The notes beneath the pieces are model-generated. The model was not told the origin of the DNA and searched no databases. It saw nothing but the letters and a program-made list of their open reading frames with translations. A program made the position numbers and the translations under genes. DNA of 64,000 nucleotides from Candidatus Omnitrophota bacterium. GTDB lineage: Bacteria > Omnitrophota > Gorgyraeia > JABMRN01 > RBG-13-46-9. Where the stretch lies: the NCBI GenBank assembly GCA_016782425.1, contig JADHYN010000001.1, forward strand, positions 655-64,654. Reading direction: 5' to 3'. Below, piece by piece: positions 9,508 through 19,373 of this stretch (its first letter is position 1; each line of letters opens with the position of its first letter).

Positions 9508-10782
9508 TTAAATAGCAGCGCCTTCTCCGGCCAAATATCCGGTTGAAAACGCCTGCTGGAGATTATAACCCCCGCTCGGGGCCGTACCGTCTATTACCTC
9601 TCCGGCAAAATAAATTCCGGGAACTATTTTTGACTCCATGGTTTTCGAATCTATCTCATCCGTGGAAACACCGCCACCTGTGACCATTCCTCTATTGATT
9701 GCGAGCGCCCCGGTTACAGTTAAAGGAAAAGCCTTTAGCGCTGACACGATAAGAGCTCTTTCTCTTTTTGAGGCCTCGCTTCCCCTTTTCCCGGGATTTA
9801 TCCCGGCAATTCTAGCAAAAATGCTCGCGAGGCGTATGGGGAGAAGCTCCTTAAGGAGGTTTCCTATTTCTTTTCCCCCTGATTCTTTGAATTCCCTTAT
9901 AAGGCGCGCGTCAAGCTTTTCTCTGTCAAGGCCGGGTTTTAAGTCTATAAATACGGGTATTTCCTTTGCACGTTTCAGGCAGAGTGTTATCTCCCCGCTT
10001 AAGTCAAGAACAAGCGGCCCTGAAATCCCGAAGTGCGTAAACATGACCTCCCCTATAGGAGAAACTATTTTTTTCTGTTTACACCCCGGGGTGAAAAAAG
10101 TCACTCGCACGTTTTTAAGCGCGAGACCCTGGAGCTGGCGCACCCAAGGCTCTTTGGTCCTCAAAGGAACAAGGCCCGGCCTTAAAGGCTTCAGCTTATG
10201 CCCAAATGTTCTGGCTATCTGAAAACCATCGCCTGTTGAGCCGGTATGCTTAAAAGACATTCCGCCGGTTGATAATATGACTTTTTTTGCCGAAATGATA
10301 AGGCCCTCGTATCTTTGGCCTTTTTTTACTTTGCCTTTGATTGAAAAACCTTCACCCTTTTTTTCTATTCCGGTAACGCGAAAGTCAAAAATAGTATCGA
10401 TTTTGCGATCTTCAAGTGCTTTTTTGAGCGCCTGCACAACAAGACGCGCCTTTTGTTCCTTCGGAAAAACCCGGCCCTGACGCTCCTCAACCACCTCGAG
10501 GCCATTTTTAGTAAAAAAGTTCATTAGATCACGGTTCGAAAAAGCAGTAAATGCTGCGCGAAGAAAATTGCCCTGGGTCCCGAATTTCTCGATAAACGTA
10601 TCTAGAGATGCGGTATTCGTGATATTACACCTACCTTTACCGGTAAGGTATATTTTTTTGCCTACCGAGGAATTGCGTTCGATTAAGATGGGAGTGGTAT
10701 TTTTATCGTGCGCACTTATAGCCGCCATGCACCCGGCCGGACCTGCGCCTATTACGGCTATATCAAAAAGCTTATCCTTCAT
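9508..10782 (-). CDS. HI0933/YhiN/BaiN family NAD(P)/FAD-dependent oxidoreductase
   Basis: GAGPAG, TGKGRCNITN, FTHFGISGP, VTGGGV, GGYNLQQAFSTG. Confidence 0.92.
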   Translation of the reverse strand: MKDKLFDIAVIGAGPAGCMAAISAHDKNTTPILIERNSSVGKKIYLTGKGRCNITNTASLDTFIEKFGTQGNFLRAAFTAFSNRDLMNFFTKNGLEVVEERQGRVFPKEQKARLVVQALKKALEDRKIDTIFDFRVTGIEKKGEGFSIKGKVKKGQRYEGLIISAKKVILSTGGMSFKHTGSTGDGFQIARTFGHKLKPLRPGLVPLRTKEPWVRQLQGLALKNVRVTFFTPGCKQKKIVSPIGEVMFTHFGISGPLVLDLSGEITLCLKRAKEIPVFIDLKPGLDREKLDARLIREFKESGGKEIGNLLKELLPIRLASIFARIAGINPGKRGSEASKRERALIVSALKAFPLTVTGALAINRGMVTGGGVSTDEIDSKTMESKIVPGIYFAGEVIDGTAPSGGYNLQQAFSTGYLAGEGAAI

Positions 10783-10858
10783 CGTATTTCATCCGCGTAC
10801 TTCGGGTTCGGCCTGTCATCGAATGTAAGGACGATTTTATTCATGCTTTCATCACCGT
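10640..10858. repeat. 219-bp direct repeat, copy 1
   Basis: Aligns without gaps to 12398-12616; ~30 mismatches by hand count, with a 48-bp identical core at 10772-10819. Confidence 0.9.
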
Positions 10859-10966
10859 AGAAGTATATAATGGGTTCTTATCGGTTTCTGCAGTAAGGTA
10901 ATCGCTACCTTCTTGGATATAGAAAAATGCCAAAAAAACGCATATTAGGAAAATAACATGTCTCAT
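10779..10966 (-). pseudogene. Frameshifted N-terminal remnant of a secreted NodB-type polysaccharide deacetylase
   Basis: MRHVIFLICVFLAFF signal-like start; in another frame FYGDESMNKIVLTFDDRPNPKY* resembles the TFDDGP motif. Confidence 0.55.
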
Positions 10967-11012
10967 GTGTTTTTTTGCTCTGAGAATCTTGGAAGTCTGG
11001 TTTAGAAATTTC

Positions 11013-12221
11013 TTAAACCAATTGCGTTAAAAATGTCCGGGCAGGCACAATGATAGGTTCCGTATGCCCGAAGCAATCATTGGGAACATATTCCATATCA
11101 AATGCCACCTGGAATGCGTGTTTTGCCTTAATTTTATCCTGAAAATAAATTAAATTTTTATTTAGTCCGCCTTTTGAAGACAGTTTAACCTCAACTAAAA
11201 ACCATGGTTTTTTATTTTTTGAGACCAAAAAATCTACTTCGCGTTTTTCTTTATCTCTGATAAACCACAAGCCATACTGCCCCAAACCGCAATCCGTCCA
11301 GAAATGAATTGCTTTTAACAAATGAGATGCTACTAAAGTTTCCGCTCTTTGTCCTTCATCGTTACAGACGATCCAGTCCCACAAATAAGTTTTGGGTTCT
11401 TTGATAAGAGAGCGTGGAATGTTTCTCGACCATGGCTGAATAGTAAAACAGTAAAAAAAGGATTGCAATGTCTTAATCCAGCGGCGTATTGTAGCGCTGG
11501 ATACATTAACCTTATTAGCGAGGTTCGTGTAATTAGTAAGTTGTCCGGCCTGATGTTTTAAGATTTCGGCCAGAAGCTCAATTTGTCCCAATTCCTGGAT
11601 ACGGCTTAAATCCCTAATGTCTTGGCGTATTAATTGTTCTTGTCGCAACGTCTTCCAGCGATTTAAAAATCTTGGATCATTTTTTATGAATGGTTCTGGA
11701 AAACCGCCGTTTTTAAGTAACTTTTCAAAATCTTGATTTTTGCTTTGAAAAGGTTTATTAATTTCTTTTCCTGATAAACCAACTCTTTCCAATTCTGCCA
11801 GAGACAACTGGTGTAGACGATACGGAAAATATCTACCCATTAAACTGTCCCCGCCCTTTTTATAAACATCTAATCGGGAGCTGCCTGTAACGATAATCTT
11901 AGTTCTCTCTTTGTACGTATCAAAAAAGCCTTTTAAAAACGTCTTCCATTTCCCATACTTGTGAATCTCATCAAATACGATAATAGGAATATCTTTTGCG
12001 AGCTTATTCAAGCCGGCGAAAGCGGCGACGCTTTCGACGCCTTCAAGAATAATTTTTCTATGATCCAGATTATCCCAATTCAAATACAAAAACTGGCTTG
12101 AAAACTCTTTAGCCATAAGGCTAACTGTCGTTTTTCCGGCTTGACGGGGACCGGCAAGAAAAATCATTTGCTCGTTATGTTCAAAATGTTCTTTGATAAT
12201 AGATGTGTATATTCTCTTCAT
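11013..12221 (-). CDS. AAA+ ATPase (AAA_14) with DUF4143 / PD-(D/E)XK-like C-terminus
   Basis: Walker A GPRQAGKTT, Walker B IVFDEIHK, VTGSS, GGFPE, EVDFLV...VEVKLS. Confidence 0.88.
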   Translation of the reverse strand: MKRIYTSIIKEHFEHNEQMIFLAGPRQAGKTTVSLMAKEFSSQFLYLNWDNLDHRKIILEGVESVAAFAGLNKLAKDIPIIVFDEIHKYGKWKTFLKGFFDTYKERTKIIVTGSSRLDVYKKGGDSLMGRYFPYRLHQLSLAELERVGLSGKEINKPFQSKNQDFEKLLKNGGFPEPFIKNDPRFLNRWKTLRQEQLIRQDIRDLSRIQELGQIELLAEILKHQAGQLTNYTNLANKVNVSSATIRRWIKTLQSFFYCFTIQPWSRNIPRSLIKEPKTYLWDWIVCNDEGQRAETLVASHLLKAIHFWTDCGLGQYGLWFIRDKEKREVDFLVSKNKKPWFLVEVKLSSKGGLNKNLIYFQDKIKAKHAFQVAFDMEYVPNDCFGHTEPIIVPARTFLTQLV

Positions 12222-12291
12222 CTGATTAATCTCACGCGCTATTTTTTCGTTAATTCGTATTATGACTAGTTTACCATATATCTAAAATTAG

Positions 12292-12540
12292 TCAAGACTG
12301 CTTTAACATATATGTCATTTTGGTCAAGCGCATCTCTGTGTACGGCGGGTTCGGGCTCTCATTAAAGGTAATGGCTATTTTCGTAACGCCCTCATCGCCG
12401 GTAAGGTATATTTTTTTGCCGATCGAGGAATTGCGCTCGATTAAGATGAGATTAGCGTTTTTGTCACACGCGCGTATCGCCGCCATGCACCCAGCTGCGC
12501 CTGCGCCTATTACGGCGATATCGAAAAAGTTATCCTTCAT
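12292..12540 (-). pseudogene. Truncated duplicate of the HI0933 gene 5' end fused to a deacetylase-like fragment
   Basis: First 48 aa match the start of 9508-10782, then GDEGVTKIAITFNESPNPPYT. Confidence 0.75.
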
Positions 12541-12616
12541 CGTATTTCATCCGCGTACTTCGGGTTCGGCCTGTCATTGAAAGTAATGGCGATTTTATTC
12601 ACGCTCTCATCGCCGT
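12398..12616. repeat. 219-bp direct repeat, copy 2
   Basis: Offset 1758 bp from copy 1. Confidence 0.9.
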
Positions 12617-12692
12617 GGGGTATATAGTAGTTTCGTCGCCGTAAGATTCTGTTTCTATTTTTATAAAAAATAGAAAGACAGTGAAAGAGCAT
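12537..12692 (-). pseudogene. Second deacetylase-like remnant
   Basis: ...HGDESVNKIAITFNDRPNPKYADEIR*. Confidence 0.45.
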
Positions 12693-12693
12693 A

Positions 12694-13839
12694 TTAAAAA
12701 TATTGTTTTTTTCTAGTCAGAATTTCCACAATTCTGCCGGCTGCCCTGCCGTCCCACATTTTAGGTACTTTGAATTTTCTGCTTCCCTTTTTAAGCACAC
12801 TCAAGGCCTTGGTTCTTATCGAATCGGACCTTGTACCTATCAACTCGTTAGTTCCTTCTGTAATTGTTACTGGGCGTTCTGTGTTTTCCCTGATTGTTAA
12901 ACAGGGGATCCCTAAAATGGTCGTTTCCTCTTGTATGCCGCCGGAATCGGTAAATACTAACTTTGCCTTAGATGTGAGCCGCAAAAAGTCTATGTAGTTT
13001 AAGGGCGCAATTGCGCAAATGCCACGCGGAGTTCCAGTTGCTCCTAAGCTATTGAAATATTTCTGCAGCTTAAATACCTCAATTTGTTTTTTTGTGCGTG
13101 GATGCACGGGAAAAATTATGGGTAACAATTTGGATACGCTTCTTAGCCCATTCAAAATTTCAACAAAAACATCTTTATTGTCCACGTTGCTTGGCCTGTG
13201 AAGGGTTAGAACAGCGTATTCCGTAATATTCTTGTTTTGGTTTAAGTTTAATTTTTCCAAAATTTCTGAGTTTTCGGCTTTTTTTCTGTACGAAAAAAGT
13301 GTATCACACATCACGTTTCCCACAAAGAATATTTTTTTTGGATTTACTCCTTCATTTTTTAAATTCCTGTTCGCGTCCTCGCATGTCGTAAAAAGATAGT
13401 CGGAAATCCTGTCTGTCAGAATTCGGTTTATTTCTTCCGGCATACTCATATCAAAGCTCCTGAGCCCGGCCTCTACATGGGCAACTGGTATCCCAAGCTT
13501 TGCAGCCGTCAAGCTGCATGCAAAAGTTGAATTAACATCACCCACTACCAAAACCACATCAGGTTGTATTTTGACAGCAACTTTTTCAAATTCAATCATA
13601 ATTTTTGCTGTCTGAACGGCGTGCGAAACAGATTTGATTCCGAGAAAAAAATTCGGTTTTGGAAGACTTAGTTTTCTAAAAATTTCACCCGACATCTTGC
13701 TGTCATAATGTTGCCCCGTGTGAACCAGGACATATTTTATATCGCCTCTATTTTGTTTTTTTTGAATATTTACCACGTTTATAATTGAAGCTATTTTAAT
13801 AAAATTCGGCCTTGTTCCTACTACAAATATTGCTTTCAT
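12694..13839 (-). CDS. wecB: UDP-N-acetylglucosamine 2-epimerase (non-hydrolysing)
   Basis: GTRPN, HTGQHYD, HVEAGLRS, PEEINR, TDSGGIQEE, RENTERP. Confidence 0.93.
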   Translation of the reverse strand: MKAIFVVGTRPNFIKIASIINVVNIQKKQNRGDIKYVLVHTGQHYDSKMSGEIFRKLSLPKPNFFLGIKSVSHAVQTAKIMIEFEKVAVKIQPDVVLVVGDVNSTFACSLTAAKLGIPVAHVEAGLRSFDMSMPEEINRILTDRISDYLFTTCEDANRNLKNEGVNPKKIFFVGNVMCDTLFSYRKKAENSEILEKLNLNQNKNITEYAVLTLHRPSNVDNKDVFVEILNGLRSVSKLLPIIFPVHPRTKKQIEVFKLQKYFNSLGATGTPRGICAIAPLNYIDFLRLTSKAKLVFTDSGGIQEETTILGIPCLTIRENTERPVTITEGTNELIGTRSDSIRTKALSVLKKGSRKFKVPKMWDGRAAGRIVEILTRKKQYF

Positions 13840-13842
13840 AAG

Positions 13843-15096
13843 TTAGGGGTTCTTCCTCATGATGTCTGTTATTTGAAAAAATTGTATGCGCGCCATTCCA
13901 ATCCCCAGCATAATCCAAAACAAAACGACCAATTGCAAGGCATAAAGGTTTGTATCAAAAAAACTTTGCCCCATAAACGCCAAAAGCCCACCCATTATTC
14001 CTAGAAGCAAAATGTCACCTGTTTCCTTAACTTTTCGTATGCCTGTATAGAAAAACCTCCATAAAATCCACAAAAAAGAGCCCAAACCCAAAAGCCCCGT
14101 TTCAGCCGCCATGTGTAAATATGAGTTATGTGGATAATTACCGGTTTCTTCCGTCAATCTATAATGTGGCGCGACAACTGCATAGGTATTTGGTCCAGTT
14201 CCAAAAATTGGAAAATCTTCTATGATGTTAAGTGCTTCTTGCCATACGTACTTTTTTGAACCGGCTTTTTCGAAACCCTCGCTTAAAGTCACTAATCTTT
14301 TTTTGATTGGATCAAATACTAGGTAACCCAATAAAAACGATGCACATAAGAAAAGTATTACAAAGAAAGAAAATATTTTTATTGGCTTAGTTTTATTGAC
14401 AAAAACAAAGAATCCCACAAAACAGAAACCAGATAAAAAACCCAACCAGGCGCCGCGGCTAAATGTCATTCCCAAAAAACCAATGCCTGCTGCAGCCAAC
14501 GCAATTAACGGCAAATTAAATCTTAATGAAGATTTGCGGGTTCTGTAATCGAAAAAAGACATAGCCAGCAAAAGCGGTATTACAATAATAAGCCAGCCTG
14601 CGAAATCATTTGGTGATAAAAAAGATGCCCGCAGTCGTCCGATTATTGCATAGCCTCGTAAAAAATCCGTGCCTGTTACACATTGAAAAATTGCATCTCC
14701 AAATATAAGTAAAACAGAAGCGATTGTTACAGACAATAAAAATTTTGTCCGCTTAGCTTGGTTATTCTCCGTTAAAAAATCAAAACAAACGTAAAACAAC
14801 AAAAGATACTCGGCCAACTTTAAAAACACTCCTTCCAGGCTTAGTGCAACATCCACGGAAATAGCCATGGAAACAAATGATACCACGAAAAGCGTCATAA
14901 TGGGTTTGTTTAATGGCATTTCGGGAAAATAATTCTCGACTTTCAGTTTGTGCATTGTAATTTTTTTAAGCGCCCATACCGCAATAGCGATATGAGCGAA
15001 TATTTCAATTCCTGATTTTGAAAACGGTATAAAAAAAATGGTTGCGCATAAAGATATCCCGATTATTTTATTTGCTATTTTTTCCATGTTCAACAT
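13843..15096 (-). CDS. O-antigen ligase / Wzy_C family membrane protein
   Basis: Multi-TM; TFSRGAW, PIFGTGP, PHNSYLHMAAETGLLG. Confidence 0.85.
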   Translation of the reverse strand: MLNMEKIANKIIGISLCATIFFIPFSKSGIEIFAHIAIAVWALKKITMHKLKVENYFPEMPLNKPIMTLFVVSFVSMAISVDVALSLEGVFLKLAEYLLLFYVCFDFLTENNQAKRTKFLLSVTIASVLLIFGDAIFQCVTGTDFLRGYAIIGRLRASFLSPNDFAGWLIIVIPLLLAMSFFDYRTRKSSLRFNLPLIALAAAGIGFLGMTFSRGAWLGFLSGFCFVGFFVFVNKTKPIKIFSFFVILFLCASFLLGYLVFDPIKKRLVTLSEGFEKAGSKKYVWQEALNIIEDFPIFGTGPNTYAVVAPHYRLTEETGNYPHNSYLHMAAETGLLGLGSFLWILWRFFYTGIRKVKETGDILLLGIMGGLLAFMGQSFFDTNLYALQLVVLFWIMLGIGMARIQFFQITDIMRKNP

Positions 15097-15103
15097 TTAT
15101 TTA

Positions 15104-15877
15104 TTATCTAAATTTCTTGCCAAGCCGTTTAAAACAAATCCGATCTTTTTTAGTTGGAAAAGAAAAATACGAGCCATCTGATGGATCATTTTTTATCGTT
15201 TTTACACGTCCCCTCCTAATGCAGTCGATGCCCATGATTAAAACGTCGAGTCCCTTTAACTTATTTTTAGCAAGTAGCGAACATAGGGTATCATCATGAT
15301 CGATATCAATATCTAGCTGAACGATAATATTTCCCTGATCGATTTTCTCATTAATATAGTGAAGCGTAACCGCTGTTGTTTTCTCGTTATTTACAAGCGC
15401 CCAAAAAGTTGGAAGCATCCCTCTGTAATGCGGGAGTTTTCCCGAATGAAGATTTATGCAGCCATGCTTTGGTATTTTAATTACACTATCCCTAAGTTTT
15501 TGGCTAAACGCGATACTAACAATAAGGTCAGGTTTAATTTTATTTTTTAACACGTAGATAAAATCATCGCTGTTAACGTTTTGAACGGGAAAAACGGGTA
15601 TTGAAGAAAATTTGGCTACTTTTTTTACAGAATAAAATCTTTTTTCCTTTGCATGCGACAACATGTCTTTTATTTTATAATTAATAGCCAATAAACTATG
15701 CATCATAAATTCTTTGGGCCCTAAAAAGTCATAATGCCGCAATGCCATCTTTAAAAAAGAAACGTTATGCCTCTTCCCTATTCCCAATCCAACAATTTCT
15801 TTATTTCTCTCAAAAAGATGTTGAAAAAATGTTGGCAGGTAAAATGGCTCTTCCTGGGTTAGAATAAAAATCCTCAT
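15104..15877 (-). CDS. Formyltransferase (N10-formyl-THF dependent)
   Basis: INLHSGKLPHYRG and IDQG catalytic motifs. Confidence 0.85.
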   Translation of the reverse strand: MRIFILTQEEPFYLPTFFQHLFERNKEIVGLGIGKRHNVSFLKMALRHYDFLGPKEFMMHSLLAINYKIKDMLSHAKEKRFYSVKKVAKFSSIPVFPVQNVNSDDFIYVLKNKIKPDLIVSIAFSQKLRDSVIKIPKHGCINLHSGKLPHYRGMLPTFWALVNNEKTTAVTLHYINEKIDQGNIIVQLDIDIDHDDTLCSLLAKNKLKGLDVLIMGIDCIRRGRVKTIKNDPSDGSYFSFPTKKDRICFKRLGKKFR

Positions 15878-16728
15878 GTTTTATCTCCGGCCTTATGAGT
15901 CTCAATTGCGTAATCGCGTACCGCGTCTATCATTCGCGTGAATTGGTAGGTTTGGAAAATTTTTTGGAGTTTTTTTAGCGGGTTGCCAACACATATCTTC
16001 CGGCGTACTTTCGAGGTTAACCTTCTCGGAGCAGGGCTCTTTGGGTCAATGTCATATGGGTGAATATACATGACTGCCTGTATGTTTCGGTTATTTAAAT
16101 AGGATATCCCTTTAAGAAAAACCCATGCCGGAAATAACCTAAAATAACCCCCTCCGCCCATGGGAAGTTCGCAATTTTGGACGTTGAGAGAACTCAATGG
16201 GATTTCATAGAAGCGCAAACAAGCCTGATGAAGCATTCTTGTTTTCGAATTCCATCGATACCATGGGTGATATGGCGGATACAGGCTTGAATCATACAAA
16301 TAATCCGCCTTTTTCAACATATCCAAAAATGAAGTTTGCAGTTTAGAGTTTACAAAACACGGAAACCGATAACCGTATACCGGCGCACCGATTATCTGTT
16401 CGATTGTTTCTTTTGATTTTACCATATCCTCGTATAATTCGCCGGGATAGCTAGCGTTAACGTTGTGCCAGTACCCGTGGCTGGCGACTTCGTGTCCTTC
16501 CATATGAATTCTTCTTGCCAGATCAGGATACTGCTGAGCCACCCAGCCAAGAAAAAAGAATGTTGCTTTTACATTATATTTTGCTAATAAATTAAGAATT
16601 GTATTGCTATTCTCCTTGACCCTTCCTTGTACTTTTTGCCAGTTCGCTCTTGAAATATCATTAAATGCCCTACCATGAAAAAAATCTTCCACGTCCACAG
16701 AAAACATGTTTTTGACAATCGGTTTCAT
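15874..16728 (-). CDS. Polysaccharide deacetylase, DUF3473 / XrtA-system type
   Basis: SVDVEDFF, HEVASHGYWH, GGGGYFRLFP, YIHPYDIDP. Confidence 0.85.
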   Translation of the reverse strand: MKPIVKNMFSVDVEDFFHGRAFNDISRANWQKVQGRVKENSNTILNLLAKYNVKATFFFLGWVAQQYPDLARRIHMEGHEVASHGYWHNVNASYPGELYEDMVKSKETIEQIIGAPVYGYRFPCFVNSKLQTSFLDMLKKADYLYDSSLYPPYHPWYRWNSKTRMLHQACLRFYEIPLSSLNVQNCELPMGGGGYFRLFPAWVFLKGISYLNNRNIQAVMYIHPYDIDPKSPAPRRLTSKVRRKICVGNPLKKLQKIFQTYQFTRMIDAVRDYAIETHKAGDKT

Positions 16729-16750
16729 GCTATTTTTCGTATTCTTATTT

Positions 16751-18112
16751 TCAATGATTCTTCGGACCGCATATCAATGTTTGCAACGTTTTTACCATGA
16801 TAAACAGGTCTAAAAATAAGGAAGCATATTTGATATAATATAAATCGTACTGAAATTTCTCTATATGTTCCTCTATGCTTCCACCGTAATCATAATTAAC
16901 CTGAGCCCAGCCGGTGATACCCGGTTTAACACTAAATCTAATCGAATAAAACGGTACATTGTCCTCTATGAGCTGCGCGAAATGCCTTCTTATTGGCCTT
17001 GGCCCCACAAAGCTAAGCTCCCCTTTTAAAATATTTATTAATTGTGGTAATTCATCCAGTTTTGTCCTTCTTAAAAGACTGCCTACTTTCGTAACTCGGT
17101 TATCGTTTTTAGTTGTCCATTGCGGCCCGTTGCTTTTTTCCGCATCGGCAACCATTGTTCTAAATTTAATCAGCTTAAACGGATTTTCTTGAAAACCTAT
17201 TCTTTCCTGAAAATAAAATATCGGCCCCTCAGAGGTGGCTTTAATCAAAATTATTATTACTAAGCATACCGGTAATAAAAATAGCAGGCCCAACAATGAT
17301 CCAAAAAAATCAATAAGCCGCTTTGTGTTTTTAAATATGGGCGCCGAGAAAGCCATGATGCTAGGAAAGGGGCTATTCTTATTGGCCAGATAATAACTGA
17401 TCGCAAATTTTCTTGTCAGTACTTCGTAAAAATAATCGCTTCTACACACTTCAATTCCTTTGAAATTATACTCGTATATCTTTTTTGCGACATCTAACGG
17501 CATTTGATAATCCAATGCCAGGACCAATACCTTTATTTTTTTAGACTGTATTAGCGTTTCAAGATTTTTATTTTCAAGAACCCCTGCAACGCTATACCCG
17601 GAACCCTTTAATCTCTCGGTTATCTGTTTTGACAGGATGTCTGTGCCTATAAACAATATGTTTACGCTTTCTTTTGCCGGCAAAAAAACATATTTAAATA
17701 AAACCATTTTATGTAAAAAAAGGCATGTTGTTGAAAATATTAAAAAGGAATATAAAATATATTTCGTCGGTAAAATTATCGGGAAGATTCTGCTTATAAT
17801 AAGAAATATTGCACAAAACAAAAAGTTAATCAATATTATGCATGTAATAGTGTAAGCTTTTCGAAAAGTCTTTGTAATTTCGTACAAACCAAAAATGTAG
17901 AACAGGAAAGGGTATATAAGCAATATACATAACATGAAATATAAAAGGCTCGCGCCGAAAATGTCCGCAGTGAAATCGTTCACTTTCGGCTTCGATATAA
18001 GATAACAAGAAAGAAAATAAGACAACAGACCCGCAAGAAAAACACAGCTTATATCTGAAATTGCCATAAAGGCTTTCTTTTTGTCTGTTATGTTTCTAAA
18101 TATAATTTTCAT
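16751..18112 (-). CDS. Initiating polyprenyl glycosylphosphotransferase (WcaJ/WbaP-like)
   Basis: N-terminal TMs; KFRTM, LDELPQL, SFVGPRP, KPGITGWAQ, DLYYI. Confidence 0.92.
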   Translation of the reverse strand: MKIIFRNITDKKKAFMAISDISCVFLAGLLSYFLSCYLISKPKVNDFTADIFGASLLYFMLCILLIYPFLFYIFGLYEITKTFRKAYTITCIILINFLFCAIFLIISRIFPIILPTKYILYSFLIFSTTCLFLHKMVLFKYVFLPAKESVNILFIGTDILSKQITERLKGSGYSVAGVLENKNLETLIQSKKIKVLVLALDYQMPLDVAKKIYEYNFKGIEVCRSDYFYEVLTRKFAISYYLANKNSPFPSIMAFSAPIFKNTKRLIDFFGSLLGLLFLLPVCLVIIILIKATSEGPIFYFQERIGFQENPFKLIKFRTMVADAEKSNGPQWTTKNDNRVTKVGSLLRRTKLDELPQLINILKGELSFVGPRPIRRHFAQLIEDNVPFYSIRFSVKPGITGWAQVNYDYGGSIEEHIEKFQYDLYYIKYASLFLDLFIMVKTLQTLICGPKNH

Positions 18113-18119
18113 CGTTTAT

Positions 18120-19373
18120 TTACAATTTATCAAACAATAATTTGTATTTTTGTATTACGAGTTCCTTTGAAAAATTTTTTTCGGCAAACTCCCTCCCTCT
18201 GCGACCCATGCGTTCCCGCAAGTCAGGATTATTATATAAAAATTCCACTTTATGCGCCAGGTCATTCGCGTTTTCGGCTTCCGCACAAACTCCACCCCGA
18301 GACATCTCTATAAAATTCCAGATCTCGCTATTTTTGTCTGTTACGGTAATAATCGGTCTGCCGCTTGAAAGTATACTGTATATTTTTGACGGGAAAGCGA
18401 GGTGGGATATGTTTTTTCTCAAGCTTACAAGAGAAACATCTGCGCTAGCCCATATTTGCGGCATTTTGTAAAGAGGCTGTAAGGGTATAAAAATAACATT
18501 TTTCAGACCTTGTTGTCTAACTAATTTCTCGGCTTCGCTTTTTCTTTCGCCTCTACCAATAAACATGAAGAGTATATCCCGATTTCTGAGAAGCCTTGCG
18601 GCTTCGATAATAAATTCGATTCCTTGTGGTTCGCCCATGTTCCCCGCGTATAACACGACAAATTTACTTTCCAGGTTGTATTTTTTTGTAAACTCATTTT
18701 TTTTCGGAAGCGGTTTAATAAGCTCAGTGTCGCAAAAATTTGGTATAACAACAATCTTCTCAAAAGGAACGCCCTTTTCAATAAGAGTATCTTTAATCCT
18801 ATCCGAAATTGCTACGATGATTTTTGCACGGCGATAAATAAATTTCTCAATTTTCCCGAGAATATAGGAAACGGGTTTCGCTCTAAACAATTTTATGGAG
18901 AATAATAGATCTGGGTTTACATCCTGCACGTTGTATACAAAAGGTAGGTTTTTTACTGTGGAGATTAAAACCGCTAGAAGCCCACTGAAAAACGCCGGAA
19001 AACTCAATGTAAAAATAAAATTTGACTTAAATTTGCGATCGAACATTATAGTAAAAAAAGCTGAAATAAAAAAAGAAAAATAATTAATCGTTCTTCGGAA
19101 AATTCCGTTTTTGTCGAATAGAATATCAAGTGTTGGCGAAAGGACAAATGTTCTCTTTATATATAGTTTATCCTCAATGGTTTGCTTTAAAAAAACCCCC
19201 TTGTATTCACGCCATAATTCTTCCCGTCCCTTTCGGTAGTGCGGCATACCGGCTATTATATTAATCTTATAGCCGTTAGCGGTTAAATGTGTAAATATAG
19301 ATTTGTAGATCGGCTGCAGGGGGCCCGCATACGGGTACCAATACATTATTATTGCTGTTATCTCTTTATTCAT
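18120..19373 (-). CDS. GT4 glycosyltransferase (WbuB-like)
   Basis: YAGNMGEPQG, FPSKIYSILSSGRP. Confidence 0.88.
   Translation of the reverse strand: MNKEITAIIMYWYPYAGPLQPIYKSIFTHLTANGYKINIIAGMPHYRKGREELWREYKGVFLKQTIEDKLYIKRTFVLSPTLDILFDKNGIFRRTINYFSFFISAFFTIMFDRKFKSNFIFTLSFPAFFSGLLAVLISTVKNLPFVYNVQDVNPDLLFSIKLFRAKPVSYILGKIEKFIYRRAKIIVAISDRIKDTLIEKGVPFEKIVVIPNFCDTELIKPLPKKNEFTKKYNLESKFVVLYAGNMGEPQGIEFIIEAARLLRNRDILFMFIGRGERKSEAEKLVRQQGLKNVIFIPLQPLYKMPQIWASADVSLVSLRKNISHLAFPSKIYSILSSGRPIITVTDKNSEIWNFIEMSRGGVCAEAENANDLAHKVEFLYNNPDLRERMGRRGREFAEKNFSKELVIQKYKLLFDKL

Noticed and set aside
10078-10097. Palindrome TTTACACCCCGGGGTGAAAA within the HI0933 gene as another in-frame insertion
   Set aside because: Short, no clear target duplication, and cannot be judged without an orthologue alignment
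10640-12616. Diversity-generating retroelement TR/VR pair
   Set aside because: Mismatches are not adenine-specific and no reverse transcriptase is present
12652-12676. Terminator after wecB (TTTCTATTTTT-ATA-AAAAATAGAAA)
   Set aside because: Almost all A-T stem with no U-tract; too weak to call
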